Source of the DNA: Deltaproteobacteria bacterium
GTDB lineage: Bacteria; Desulfobacterota; Syntrophia; Syntrophales; Smithellaceae
Direction: 5' to 3'
DNA length: 64,000 bases
Assembly (NCBI GenBank): GCA_012729055.1
Contig: JAAYDW010000056.1
Location: 5,691-69,690, forward strand
Shown: positions 27,338 to 36,607 of the stretch, piece by piece
How the letters are laid out: each line of letters begins with the position of its first letter
Numbering within the stretch: the stretch's first letter is position 1
Program-made: the position numbers and the translations under genes
The notes under the pieces: generated by a model
What the model was told of the DNA's origin: nothing
Database searches by the model: none
Seen by the model: only the letters and a program-made list of their open reading frames with translations

Positions 27338-28270
27338 ATGGCATTTGTCAGACCGGAAATCATCAGACCTCCCAGCGAACACGACAGCTACTATCTTCCG
27401 TTAACCTCGGGATGTTCGAACAATTCCTGTACCTTCTGTAACTTTTCCTTCACAAATCTCGGCCTTCGTGATTTGGAGGACGTGAAACAGGAAATCGACG
27501 CGATGTCCCTGTTCATGAATTCCCGCATGTGGGTGGCGGGACAGCCGCGGATTGTCTACGCGATTTTGCAGGGCTGGGACGGCCGGAAGGTTTTCCTGCA
27601 GGACGGCGACGCCCTGGTGTATCCGTACCCCAAACTGCTCGAAGCCTTGCAGCATCTCAATCAAAAGTTTCCGCGCCTCCAGCGCATTGCCAGTTATGCC
27701 ACGCCGCAGGACATCCTGCGGCGCTCGGTGGACGAACTCGGCGCGCTCAAGGAGCAAAAACTGGGAATTTTATATATGGGTGTGGAAAGCGGCGACGATG
27801 CGGTTCTGCAAAAGATCCGGAAAAATGCCACGCACGATCAGATGGTCGAAGCCGCCCGCAAAGTCAAAGCGGCCGGCATTCTCCTGTCCGTAACGGTTAT
27901 TCTCGGCCTGGGCGGCGCCGCCGGCAGCGAAAAGCATGTGGCGGAAACGGCGAGAATTCTCACTGAAATGGACCCGGACTTCGCGGGGGCGCTGACGCTC
28001 ACGCTGATTCCCGGAACGGCCCTGTACGAGGAAATGGAGCGCGGCCGGTTTGAACTCATCACGCCTTTCGATTCCCTGCGGGAATTGAAAGGGCTTGTCG
28101 AGCAATCGACCTTCACCAACTGTTTTTTCAGCTCGATGCACGCGTCCAACTACTTTGCGATCCGGGGCGCGATGCCCAAAGACAAGGACAAGGTGCTAAA
28201 GCAGCTTTCGACCCTCCTGTCCCGGAAAGATCCCCGCCTGCTGCGTCCGGAATACATGCGCGGATTGTAG
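27338..28270 (+). CDS. Radical SAM protein with non-canonical Cx4Cx2C cluster spacing
   Basis: The GCSNNSCTFCNF motif sits near the N-terminus. A GGDALV-like SAM-binding segment (QDGDALV) is present, in a TIM-barrel-sized protein of 310 aa. Confidence 0.85.
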   Translation: MAFVRPEIIRPPSEHDSYYLPLTSGCSNNSCTFCNFSFTNLGLRDLEDVKQEIDAMSLFMNSRMWVAGQPRIVYAILQGWDGRKVFLQDGDALVYPYPKLLEALQHLNQKFPRLQRIASYATPQDILRRSVDELGALKEQKLGILYMGVESGDDAVLQKIRKNATHDQMVEAARKVKAAGILLSVTVILGLGGAAGSEKHVAETARILTEMDPDFAGALTLTLIPGTALYEEMERGRFELITPFDSLRELKGLVEQSTFTNCFFSSMHASNYFAIRGAMPKDKDKVLKQLSTLLSRKDPRLLRPEYMRGL

Positions 28271-28416
28271 GGGCCGGCGTCAGCGGTTCGGAAATCCCGG
28301 TGTCCTTGACGCTTCGCCGGGAGGGGGACCGTGCGCCCGGTACCTTTTGACAAATCCCTCGTCAGATATTATGCTGCCCGCCGGATTTCTTCCGGAAAGG
28401 TTTTGGAAAATACGAA

Positions 28417-29898
28417 ATGACACACGATTTTTCTCCTCCTGGAAACAGCGAACGGTTTCATCCCCTGTTTAAAGCCCGCCATGTCGCTCTCATCGGCGCT
28501 TCCGGCAACCCCAAAAAGTGGGGTTACGTCATGCTCAGAAATCTGATCACCGGCGGTTTTGCGGGAAACATCTACCCCATCAATCCCGATGCGGATGAAC
28601 TGCTGGGGAAAAAGGCCTACAAGACGCTTTACGACGTTCCGGAAACGCCCGATCTGGCCGTCATTGCCGTCCCTCCGCAGGCGGCGCCTTCCGCCGTCCG
28701 GGACTGCGCCGAGAAGGGCGTTCGGGCGGCGGTCGTCATCACGGCCGGTTTTGCGGAGTTGGGCGCTGAAGGCGGCAGGCTTCAGGACGAAATGGTCACG
28801 GCGGCCCGCGCGGCGGGCATGGTTCTGGTGGGACCGAACTGCAACGGCATCATGAGCCCGTGGGAGAAGCTCTACGTTGATTTTCCCAGCTACCACGTTC
28901 CGCCGGGAAACCTGGCCGTCGTGTGCCAGAGCGGCGGCATTGTGGACGGCCTGGCGCGGCGGTCGATGATTCGCGGCCTGGGGTGCAGCCTGTGCGTGGC
29001 GAGCGGCAACGAGGCGGACCTGCACATGGAGGATTACCTGGCCTATCTCGCCGATGATCCGCGCACAAACGTTATTCTCTGCTACATTGAAGGCTTCAAG
29101 GACGCCGACCGGTTTTACCGGATCGCCCGCGAGGTGACGAAGAAGAAACCGGTGGTGGCCTACAAGGCGGGGAAGACGCCTGCCGGCGCAAAGGCGGCTC
29201 TGTCCCACACGGCGTCCGTCGCCGGCAGCGATGCGGTGTTTGACGGCATCTGCCGGCAAACGGGCATTCTCCGGGCGAAAAATCTGCATCACCTCTTCAA
29301 TCTCGGCGCCGCCTTCATCCATCAGCCGCTTCCCCGGGGAAAAAGGATCGGCATCGTCACGGCGGGCGGCGGCTGGGGCGTCATGGCCGCCGATGAATGC
29401 GTGTCGCTGGGCCTCGAAATGGCCGTGCTGCCCGATGAAACGATCCGGCGCCTGGATGCTTTTCTGCCGGCCTGGTGGAACCGGGGCAATCCGGTGGACC
29501 TGGTGGCGGGAAGCGCTCCCGACGACGTCCTGCGCGTCGTCGAAACGCTGCTCGCCGGTCCGGATGTCGACGGGCTTCTTTTTATCGGCCTCATGCCGGC
29601 ATTGAAATTCACGCCGGAAGAGCTTTTGCACCGGGGAGCGCCCGACGACTTCTGGGGGCAGGCGATTGTCCGGGCCGCGGTCGAACTGGTGCGGCGCCTG
29701 AACGGCCTGGCCCGGCAATACGACAAGCCGGTTGTGGTGGCGTCCGAACACCTGATCTCCTCCGCCGAGCAGGAAGCGCGCACCCTGCATGCCATCGGGC
29801 AAAGCGGAAATGTCTGCTATGAAATGCCCTATGAAGCCGCCCTGGTCATGGCGGCGCTGGTAACTTACGGACAATGGGTAAGTGATTGCAGGGCGTGA
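28417..29898 (+). CDS. ADP-forming acyl-CoA synthetase, alpha-type (CoA-binding plus CoA-ligase domains) with no adjacent ATP-grasp partner
   Basis: VALIGASGNPKKWG, INP...G...Y, VITAGFAE, GPNCNG and SHTASVAG (phosphohistidine-loop type) motifs. Confidence 0.85.
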   Translation: MTHDFSPPGNSERFHPLFKARHVALIGASGNPKKWGYVMLRNLITGGFAGNIYPINPDADELLGKKAYKTLYDVPETPDLAVIAVPPQAAPSAVRDCAEKGVRAAVVITAGFAELGAEGGRLQDEMVTAARAAGMVLVGPNCNGIMSPWEKLYVDFPSYHVPPGNLAVVCQSGGIVDGLARRSMIRGLGCSLCVASGNEADLHMEDYLAYLADDPRTNVILCYIEGFKDADRFYRIAREVTKKKPVVAYKAGKTPAGAKAALSHTASVAGSDAVFDGICRQTGILRAKNLHHLFNLGAAFIHQPLPRGKRIGIVTAGGGWGVMAADECVSLGLEMAVLPDETIRRLDAFLPAWWNRGNPVDLVAGSAPDDVLRVVETLLAGPDVDGLLFIGLMPALKFTPEELLHRGAPDDFWGQAIVRAAVELVRRLNGLARQYDKPVVVASEHLISSAEQEARTLHAIGQSGNVCYEMPYEAALVMAALVTYGQWVSDCRA

Positions 29899-29961
29899 GG
29901 CGGCGCGCCTGATCGAATGACTGCCCGGGAAGACATCCCGGAGCGCGCAAAGGAGACCTTG

Positions 29962-31062
29962 ATGAAAGACGTTTATCAGCGGCTGGCGGAATTTCTCGAT
30001 ACTTTTCCGCAGCGTTTTCCCGTGAACACGGAATCGGGAATCGAACGTAAAATCCTCAAACATATTTTTTCGCCCGATGAGGCGGAAATGTTTCTGAAGC
30101 TCACGCCGCAGCCGGAAACGGCCGCCCAGATCGCCGGGCGGATCGGCCTGGCGCCCGACGAGGTGGAGCGCAGGCTTTTTGACATGTCACGGAAGGGGCA
30201 GGTTTTCCGCACGGGGCGGGAGGGCGGCCGCCGGTACATGGCCACGGCCTTCCTGGTCGGCATCATCGAGTTTCAGATGAACCGGATGACGCCCGAGTTT
30301 GCCAAAGATTTTCAGGAATTCGAGCCGATTCTCTATTCGTCCACCTGGATGAAGGGGACGACGCGGGATTTGCGCACGATTCCGATCCAGGAAGCGGTGG
30401 ACGCCCAGGCGACGGTCATGCCCTACGAGCGCGTGGAGGAAACGATCCGCGCTGCGAAGTACATCTCGATTTCCGACTGCATGTGTCGGCGGCTCAAGGG
30501 ACTGGTCGGACAACCGTGCAGCCATCCGCTGGAGGTCTGCTTTCACTTCGGCGGCGGCACGCACTATTTCGTGGAAAACGGCCTGGCGCGGTATATTTCG
30601 GCCGCGGAGGCGCTGGAGATTTTACACAAAGGCAAAGCATCCGGTCTGGTCTGCCAGCTTTCCGCTTCGCAGGATCCCAACGCCCTGTGCATGTGCTGCG
30701 CCTGCTGCTGCGGTCCGCTGCGGGCCGCCAAAACGTCTGCCCGGCCCTCCGAGGTCGTCAACAGCAGTTTCTTTGCGCGGGTTTCCGAAAACGACTGCAC
30801 CGGGTGCGAAGCGTGCGTGGAGCGCTGCCCGATGGATGCGCTGACCATGGACGGCGCGGCGCGCGTCGATCCGGCGCGCTGCATCGGCTGCGGCGTCTGC
30901 GCGGTGACCTGTCCGGTGGAAGCCGTGAAAGTTTTCCGCAAGGAAAAAGAAAATGAATTTATTCCGGAAAAGGATTCGGCCGCTGCCGCGGCGGCGATCT
31001 ACCGGCAGCGCCGCGCCGGCCCGGCGCTGTCATTTTCCGAGTACGAAAAAATTAATGAATAG
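29962..31062 (+). CDS. Fe-S protein: N-terminal winged-helix-like domain, Cys-rich centre (CMCCACCC), C-terminal 2x[4Fe-4S] ferredoxin domain
   Basis: CTGCEACVERCP and CIGCGVCAVTCP motifs. An AAGGAGA RBS precedes the ATG at 29962. Confidence 0.8.
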   Translation: MKDVYQRLAEFLDTFPQRFPVNTESGIERKILKHIFSPDEAEMFLKLTPQPETAAQIAGRIGLAPDEVERRLFDMSRKGQVFRTGREGGRRYMATAFLVGIIEFQMNRMTPEFAKDFQEFEPILYSSTWMKGTTRDLRTIPIQEAVDAQATVMPYERVEETIRAAKYISISDCMCRRLKGLVGQPCSHPLEVCFHFGGGTHYFVENGLARYISAAEALEILHKGKASGLVCQLSASQDPNALCMCCACCCGPLRAAKTSARPSEVVNSSFFARVSENDCTGCEACVERCPMDALTMDGAARVDPARCIGCGVCAVTCPVEAVKVFRKEKENEFIPEKDSAAAAAAIYRQRRAGPALSFSEYEKINE

Positions 31063-31069
31063 GCAAGTG

Positions 31070-31732
31070 ATGGAAAAAACGCGTTTCGAAAAAAGAAGGG
31101 TGGATGTCGTCCTGTTTGATTTCGGCGGCGTCCTGGCGGAGGAAGGGTGGAAAAACGGCTTTACGGCGATTGCCGCGGCATCCGGTTTGGACGGGGAGGG
31201 CCTCGTTTCCGCCGCGACCGACGCGGTGTACGCGTCCGGATATATCACGGGAAAAGGGACGCGGAGTGATTTCTGGCGGCTCCTCCGGGAAAAAACCGGC
31301 CTTCAGGGCGAGGCGGATTTGCTGTGGCGGGAAATCTTTGCCCGTTTTGTTTTACGCGCCCCGATGATGGGCTGGGTGAAAAAACTGAAAGCGGAGGGTC
31401 TGGTGGTCGGCATTCTCAGCGATCAGATCGACATGCTCGACGCGCTCGACGCCCGGGACAATTTTTTTTCGGAGTTCGATCATGTCTTCAACAGTTACCA
31501 TCTGGGCAAAGGCAAGCGCGATGCCAGCCTGTTCGACGACCTTGCCGGATTTCTGAAGACGGAGCCCGGCCGGATTTTGTTCATTGACGATGCTCCGGGC
31601 AACGTCGAGCGCGCCAGGCAAAAGGGCTGGAACGCCATCCTGTACCGCAATGCGGAAACGTTTGACTCCGACATGGCGGAGTTTTTCGGGACGGCCCCGC
31701 CGGCCGTTGCCGGGAAAGGAGATTGTTCATGA
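31070..31732 (+). CDS. HAD-superfamily hydrolase
   Basis: The DFGGV motif I (DxD-type variant LFDFGGVL) and a late IDD motif. Length is 220 aa. Confidence 0.8.
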   Translation: MEKTRFEKRRVDVVLFDFGGVLAEEGWKNGFTAIAAASGLDGEGLVSAATDAVYASGYITGKGTRSDFWRLLREKTGLQGEADLLWREIFARFVLRAPMMGWVKKLKAEGLVVGILSDQIDMLDALDARDNFFSEFDHVFNSYHLGKGKRDASLFDDLAGFLKTEPGRILFIDDAPGNVERARQKGWNAILYRNAETFDSDMAEFFGTAPPAVAGKGDCS

Positions 31733-32043
31733 TTGTGACGGTAGTCTCTGTCGTCGTTAAACCGGAGGACGTCGATCGGTTTATCGAGGCGACGCTGGAA
31801 AACCACCGGCAGTCGCGTGAGGAAAAAGGCAATCTGCGTTTTGACGTCCTGCAGCACCGGGACGATCCGACGGCCTTTACGCTGTACGAAGCCTACGAAA
31901 CGGAGGAGGCGGCCGCCGCGCATAAAACAACCGAGCATTATCTGCAATGGCGAAAAGCCGTTGAACCCTGGATGGCCGGTCCGCGCCGGGGAATCGCCCA
32001 TCACGTTCTTGCGCCGGCGGATCTGTCGGTATGGAAACGCTAA
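31729..32043 (+). CDS. Antibiotic-biosynthesis-monooxygenase (ABM/YgiN-like) domain protein
   Basis: About 100-aa ferredoxin-like fold wording (FDVLQHRDDPTAFTLYEAYETEEAAAAHKTTEHY). An ATGA start/stop overlap links it to the HAD gene. Confidence 0.75.
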   Translation: MIVTVVSVVVKPEDVDRFIEATLENHRQSREEKGNLRFDVLQHRDDPTAFTLYEAYETEEAAAAHKTTEHYLQWRKAVEPWMAGPRRGIAHHVLAPADLSVWKR

Positions 32044-33206
32044 ACGATCTTCATCTGTCCGGTTTGCCGAAGATATTTTTCGGCGCCGGCGCGGTTTTGC
32101 GCCTGCCGGCAATCGCCCGCTCCTACGGACGCCAGGCGCTGGTGCTGATCGGCGGGCAATCGCTTGCCGCGTCCGGTCGCTGGCAGGCGATTGCCGCCGG
32201 GCTTGCCGGGGCCGGGCTTTCGTACCGGGTCTTTTCCATCCGGAGCGAACCGACGGCGGCCCTCATCGACGGCATTACCGCCGAGCTTGGCCGGGCGCCC
32301 GTCGACGTGGTGGCGGCTGTCGGCGGCGGCAGCGTCATCGACTGCGGCAAGGCGGTTTCGGCCATGCTGGCCCAGGAGGGGTCCGTGAAGGATTACCTCG
32401 AAGGCGTCGGAACCCAAAAGCCTTCCGGCGCGAAAGTTCCGTTCATCGCGGTTCCGACGACCGCGGGCACGGGAAGCGAAGCGACGACCAACGCCGTCGT
32501 GTGCGACCGCAGCACGGGCTATAAAAAATCGCTCCGCCACGACGCGTATCTGCCGGATGTCGCCCTTGTCGATCCGGAACTCACGCTCGGCACGCCTGAG
32601 CCTGTGACCCTGGCCTGCGGGCTCGACGCCGTCGCGCAGCTTGTCGAATCCTTCACGTCCACGAAAGCGGAGGCCGCCCTCGATGCGCCGGCGTTGAAAG
32701 CCCTTTGCTTTGCCGCGGAAAGTCTGCTGCCGCTGGCGCTCGGACAGAGCGACACCGTCGCGCTGCGCGGGAAAATGTCCTATGCGGCGCTGGTGTCGGG
32801 CATCATGCTCAGCCGGGCCGGTCTCGGCGCCGTCCACGGCCTGGCGGGTCCCCTGGGCGGCCTCTGCCCCGTGCCGCATGGCCTGGCCTGCGGCCGGCTT
32901 CTGTTTCCGGTGATGACGTTCGTGGTCAAAAAGGTGATCGATGAAAACAACGGACCGGCCATTCGCCGCTTTGCCGCGATCGGCAACGCCTTTGCCGGTT
33001 TGGGCGGCGGCGACGATCTGTCGGGCTGCCGGCGGTTTCTGGAGGCGCTGGGCCGCTGGACGCGGTCTTTCCGCCTGCCGCCTCTTTCGCAATTCGGCAT
33101 GACGGCCGAGGTCATGGCGAAAGCGGTTTTACTGGCCGACAACAAAAACAGCCCGGCCAGGCTTTCCCCCGCGGAAATGAAGGTCGTTTTGGAAACCGTC
33201 CGCTGA
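32031..33206 (+). CDS. Iron-containing (group III) alcohol dehydrogenase
   Basis: GGGSVIDCGKA, VPTTAGTGSE and the His-rich metal site (LRHD..., HGLACG). It overlaps the ABM gene by 13 nt. Confidence 0.85.
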   Translation: METLNDLHLSGLPKIFFGAGAVLRLPAIARSYGRQALVLIGGQSLAASGRWQAIAAGLAGAGLSYRVFSIRSEPTAALIDGITAELGRAPVDVVAAVGGGSVIDCGKAVSAMLAQEGSVKDYLEGVGTQKPSGAKVPFIAVPTTAGTGSEATTNAVVCDRSTGYKKSLRHDAYLPDVALVDPELTLGTPEPVTLACGLDAVAQLVESFTSTKAEAALDAPALKALCFAAESLLPLALGQSDTVALRGKMSYAALVSGIMLSRAGLGAVHGLAGPLGGLCPVPHGLACGRLLFPVMTFVVKKVIDENNGPAIRRFAAIGNAFAGLGGGDDLSGCRRFLEALGRWTRSFRLPPLSQFGMTAEVMAKAVLLADNKNSPARLSPAEMKVVLETVR

Positions 33207-33293
33207 GCGCGCGGCCGTTTCACGGTTTGGCATCCTTGCAATCATCTTTGCAATAAAGGGAGCGCAATTCCTTTTTGGCCTGCTCCAGAAGGA

Positions 33294-33710
33294 TCACCCG
33301 CCCAGAATTTGTACGATGATTTTCCGCGCGCGTTCGCGGTTGTCGAAATCGATGAAGACGATCTGCTGCCAGGTCCCCAGCGTGAGCTTTCCTCCCGTCA
33401 GGGGAACGGATAAGGACGGCTTCATGAGCGCGGCGCGGACATGAGAAAAGCCGTTGCCGTCCCCCCATCTTTCATTATGGGCGTAGGGAATGTTCGACGG
33501 GGCGATCCTTTCGAGGGCATACCGCAGGTCTTCCAGGGCGCCGGCTTCGTATTCAATGGTCGTGATCGATCCCGTGGAGCCGGGGCAAAAGAGCGTGACC
33601 AGCCCCTCGGCAATCGGCGCGCGCGAAAGAATGGCCAAAACGTGCGGCGTGATGTCGATCACGTCACAGAAGCCTTTGGTGTTAAGCGCAATGGTCTCCG
33701 TAAGCGTCAT
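33294..33710 (-). CDS. YjbQ/UPF0047 family protein (secondary thiamine-phosphate synthase-like)
   Basis: 138 aa. It has the ITxxV...G(L/I)(V/C)..F..H(T/S)T.. pattern and GTWQQIVFIDFD. An AGGAGGA RBS is present. Confidence 0.8.
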   Translation of the reverse strand: MTLTETIALNTKGFCDVIDITPHVLAILSRAPIAEGLVTLFCPGSTGSITTIEYEAGALEDLRYALERIAPSNIPYAHNERWGDGNGFSHVRAALMKPSLSVPLTGGKLTLGTWQQIVFIDFDNRERARKIIVQILGG

Positions 33711-33737
33711 AAATCCTCCTGAAATGAAACGGTTGCC

Positions 33738-34775
33738 TTACTGATCCGAATCGCCGGCCGGCGGACCGGCAGGCTTCCGGCTGGAAAACGCGCTTTGCGC
33801 CTCGTTTTGCAGGAGATCTTCCCGGCCCTTGTACTTGGGCGAAAAGTGAAAAAGGCACAAGCGCTTCACATTCGCCAACGCCGCGAGCCGGCCTGCCTGG
33901 CGCGCGGTCAGGTGATGTTTTCTCGCGGCCGTCGCCTCGTCCTCATGCAGAAACGGCGCCTCGACAAACAGCAGCTCCGCTCCCCGGGCCAGTTCAATCA
34001 TCCTGGCGGCGTTTTGTTCGCTCCAGACAGCGTCGGTAATATAGCACACCTTTTGTCCGGATGTCATTTTTACCGCTCTGTCCCGCAGGAGCCCCAGCGG
34101 CGCGAACGTTTCCTGCGTTTCGCCCGCCTCGTTTTTCCAGAAGATGCGCACCGGCGTCTCCTCTGGGTCCCTGTTCAAAATCTGCTCCTTGAGCCGGGTG
34201 AGCCATGCGCCGGTCGGCAGCCCCATTTCCTCAAGGACATTCTTCTTGACGTTCAGGCGCGTCTTTTCCTCAAAGCAAAAGGCCAGGCAGGGAATGCTGT
34301 GGTCGAGGAAAACGGCGCGGACGACATAAGCTTCCCCTTCCACAAGCGTTCCCGGGCCGGTTGCGCGCGTTTCTTCATTTTCCGGCACAAAGCCGCTGCG
34401 GCAGCGGTAGGCGCGGGTGACGCTGCAGGTCTCGTGTACTTCCGTCACGGTCAGAGCAAAATCGTTGGTGTAATTGCGTACCAGGTTCCAGGTGTAGGCG
34501 CCCAGTTTGCCCTCTACGTTGGCCAGGAAGCCGGGCGGACCGAAAAGGGAGATGTGCTGGTCCCGTCCCAGGCAGATGCGCAGCAGATGGTCGAAGCCGA
34601 TGAAATGATCCATGTGGGTGTGCGAAACAAAGATGTATCTGATCTTGCGAATCTGCCGGGGCGGCAGATGCTGCATGTCGCCCAGGTCGAATAAAAAAGC
34701 ATCGCGGCGGTACTTGAGCTCCAGATAGACGCCCGGATCGGACGAGGGCTGATTGATGAGAAACGCTGTGTACAT
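33738..34775 (-). CDS. MBL-fold metallo-hydrolase (RNase Z / beta-lactamase-like)
   Basis: The HTHMDH motif is present. The start is placed at MYTAFLINQ (ATG at 34775, with GGAG upstream). The longer ORF to 34850 would place a C10 run inside the coding sequence. Confidence 0.8.
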   Translation of the reverse strand: MYTAFLINQPSSDPGVYLELKYRRDAFLFDLGDMQHLPPRQIRKIRYIFVSHTHMDHFIGFDHLLRICLGRDQHISLFGPPGFLANVEGKLGAYTWNLVRNYTNDFALTVTEVHETCSVTRAYRCRSGFVPENEETRATGPGTLVEGEAYVVRAVFLDHSIPCLAFCFEEKTRLNVKKNVLEEMGLPTGAWLTRLKEQILNRDPEETPVRIFWKNEAGETQETFAPLGLLRDRAVKMTSGQKVCYITDAVWSEQNAARMIELARGAELLFVEAPFLHEDEATAARKHHLTARQAGRLAALANVKRLCLFHFSPKYKGREDLLQNEAQSAFSSRKPAGPPAGDSDQ

Positions 34776-34811
34776 GGCTTTTACTCCGCCGATTTCCGTT
34801 TGCCGCCTGCA

Positions 34812-34821
34812 GGGGGGGGGG
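34812..34821. repeat. Homopolymeric G10 tract inside a GCAGGGGG/CCCCCTGC hairpin, in the divergent intergenic region
   Basis: Read directly from tgcaggggggggggatgccggccccctgccgtattttt. Confidence 0.9.
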
Positions 34822-34900
34822 ATGCCGGCCCCCTGCCGTATTTTTACCACAGGCGGCGCAGAAGGTCAGCCATTTTTAAACGCCGCCGCGGCAAGAAAAG

Positions 34901-36010
34901 ATGACAGCGATTTTGACTTGTGATAAGTACAGCGTCATGAACGTCAATATGAATATGAACAAGGACAAGCTCATCCTGTTTTTCCTGGCGGTCCTGGCCG
35001 TGATTGCCGCCGGTTTCGTGCTGAAGCTCGCCAAGCCGGTGATTCTGCCGCTCGCGATCGCCTGGCTTTTGACCTTTGTGGTGGGGCCCGCGGTCAATGC
35101 GATGACGCAGCGGAAGATTCCCCTGCCGATCGCCATCGCGGTCGTCATGCTTTTTCTGTGCGGCGTCGTTTTCCTCGGCGTCTTTTTTCTGTACGGCCGG
35201 GTAGTCACCATTGTGACCGAGTTTCCCAAGTATGAAGCCAGATTCGTTCAGATCGGCAACGAACTGAATGCTCTGTTTCCCTTTCAGTACAACTTCCTCG
35301 CCGATTTTTCCTGGAGGGACTCGGTGCACGATACGCTGGCCGGCCTGCCGGGGTCGTTCTTCACCATCCTGTCGAACCTGGTGATGGTCATGATTTTCCT
35401 GGCCTTCCTGCTGGCGGGAAAACCGTACGTCAAGCACAAGATGGATCACGCGCTCTCCGAAAGGCGGGCGGCGCAGATGAAAAAAATCGTCGGTTCCATC
35501 TCCTTCGAAATCAGCCGGTATCTCTGGGTCATGGTGATCATCAGCCTGACCACGGGCGTCCTGATCTGGTTCGCCTTGTCCCTCATCGGCGTGGACTTTC
35601 CCGTGACGTGGGGCGCGCTCGCCTTTTTCTTCAACTTCATTCCCACGATCGGTTCCATTGTCGCCTCTCTTCCGCCGATTCTTCTGGCCCTGGTCCAGTT
35701 TTACCCTGCGATCTGGCCGGGCATAATTACGCTGGTCGTCATTGCCGCCATTCAGATGACGATTGGAAACTTCATTGCGCCGAAAGTTCTGGGCGACCGT
35801 CTGCATTTGAGCCCGGTGGTCATTTTGATTTCTCTTTTGTTCTGGGGTTGGCTGTGGGGCATTGTCGGAGCGCTCCTGGCCGTGCCGATTGCCTCGGCCA
35901 TCAAGATTGCCTGCGAAAACATCGAAGAGCTGCATCCGATTGCCATCATGATGGGATCGGGCCGGCGCTTCTGGAAGGAACACCGGAAAGCTAAAAAGAG
36001 CGACCATTGA
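34901..36010 (+). CDS. AI-2E family transporter (PerM/YhhT-like permease)
   Basis: Polytopic membrane protein. The conserved C-terminal block FWGWLWGIVGALLAVPI is typical of the family. The start is uncertain: 34901, or ATGs at 34937-34952. Confidence 0.8.
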   Translation: MTAILTCDKYSVMNVNMNMNKDKLILFFLAVLAVIAAGFVLKLAKPVILPLAIAWLLTFVVGPAVNAMTQRKIPLPIAIAVVMLFLCGVVFLGVFFLYGRVVTIVTEFPKYEARFVQIGNELNALFPFQYNFLADFSWRDSVHDTLAGLPGSFFTILSNLVMVMIFLAFLLAGKPYVKHKMDHALSERRAAQMKKIVGSISFEISRYLWVMVIISLTTGVLIWFALSLIGVDFPVTWGALAFFFNFIPTIGSIVASLPPILLALVQFYPAIWPGIITLVVIAAIQMTIGNFIAPKVLGDRLHLSPVVILISLLFWGWLWGIVGALLAVPIASAIKIACENIEELHPIAIMMGSGRRFWKEHRKAKKSDH

Positions 36011-36072
36011 CCGGACCATCCGGCAACAACCGGTATGAGGAAGTGCCGCCGGAGGCGAAAAGGAGAAGTTCC

Positions 36073-36498
36073 ATGAAAGAAAAAATCATTTGCTTTGCGC
36101 TGGGGCTGTCCGGCGGAGATATCGAAAAAGGCAAGGCGTCTTTCGGGCAGATGAACGAAGGAACGCACGAGCTCGACGTGATTGCCGTAAGCGATGCCAT
36201 GCTGGCCGCGACGGTTGAGGAAGCGCTCGGTCAAGCGGACAGAACGAAAGGCGGGCAGACCCCGGTTCTTTCCGGAAATCGGGTGGTCATGGTGAACACG
36301 CAGGAGCGTCCGCTGGTTTTGCAGGTGCTTAGAAGCTTCAAGGCCGTGCTGTCCGACCCGCAGGACCTGATCTTTGCCGTCATCACCGATACGGCCCGGA
36401 CCTGGACATTTGGCGAGTATCTCGGGCATCTCAAAAGGGAGCATGAATATCTGAAAACCCACCGCCCGGAAAACGAGCCGGATATGAAACGGATGTAA
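36073..36498 (+). CDS. Hypothetical protein (possibly DUF3783-like)
   Basis: An AGGAGA RBS precedes the ATG at 36073. 141 aa with coding-like composition. The family guess is weak. Confidence 0.55.
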   Translation: MKEKIICFALGLSGGDIEKGKASFGQMNEGTHELDVIAVSDAMLAATVEEALGQADRTKGGQTPVLSGNRVVMVNTQERPLVLQVLRSFKAVLSDPQDLIFAVITDTARTWTFGEYLGHLKREHEYLKTHRPENEPDMKRM

Positions 36499-36607
36499 CG
36501 CATGCGGACGTTTTTCGAGGCCCTTGACAAGAGCCGAAACGTTTTCATTTTATAAACCATGGGACAAAAGATGCCGGTTTCGCCGGACCGTCCGGGAGGT
36601 TTTGAAA

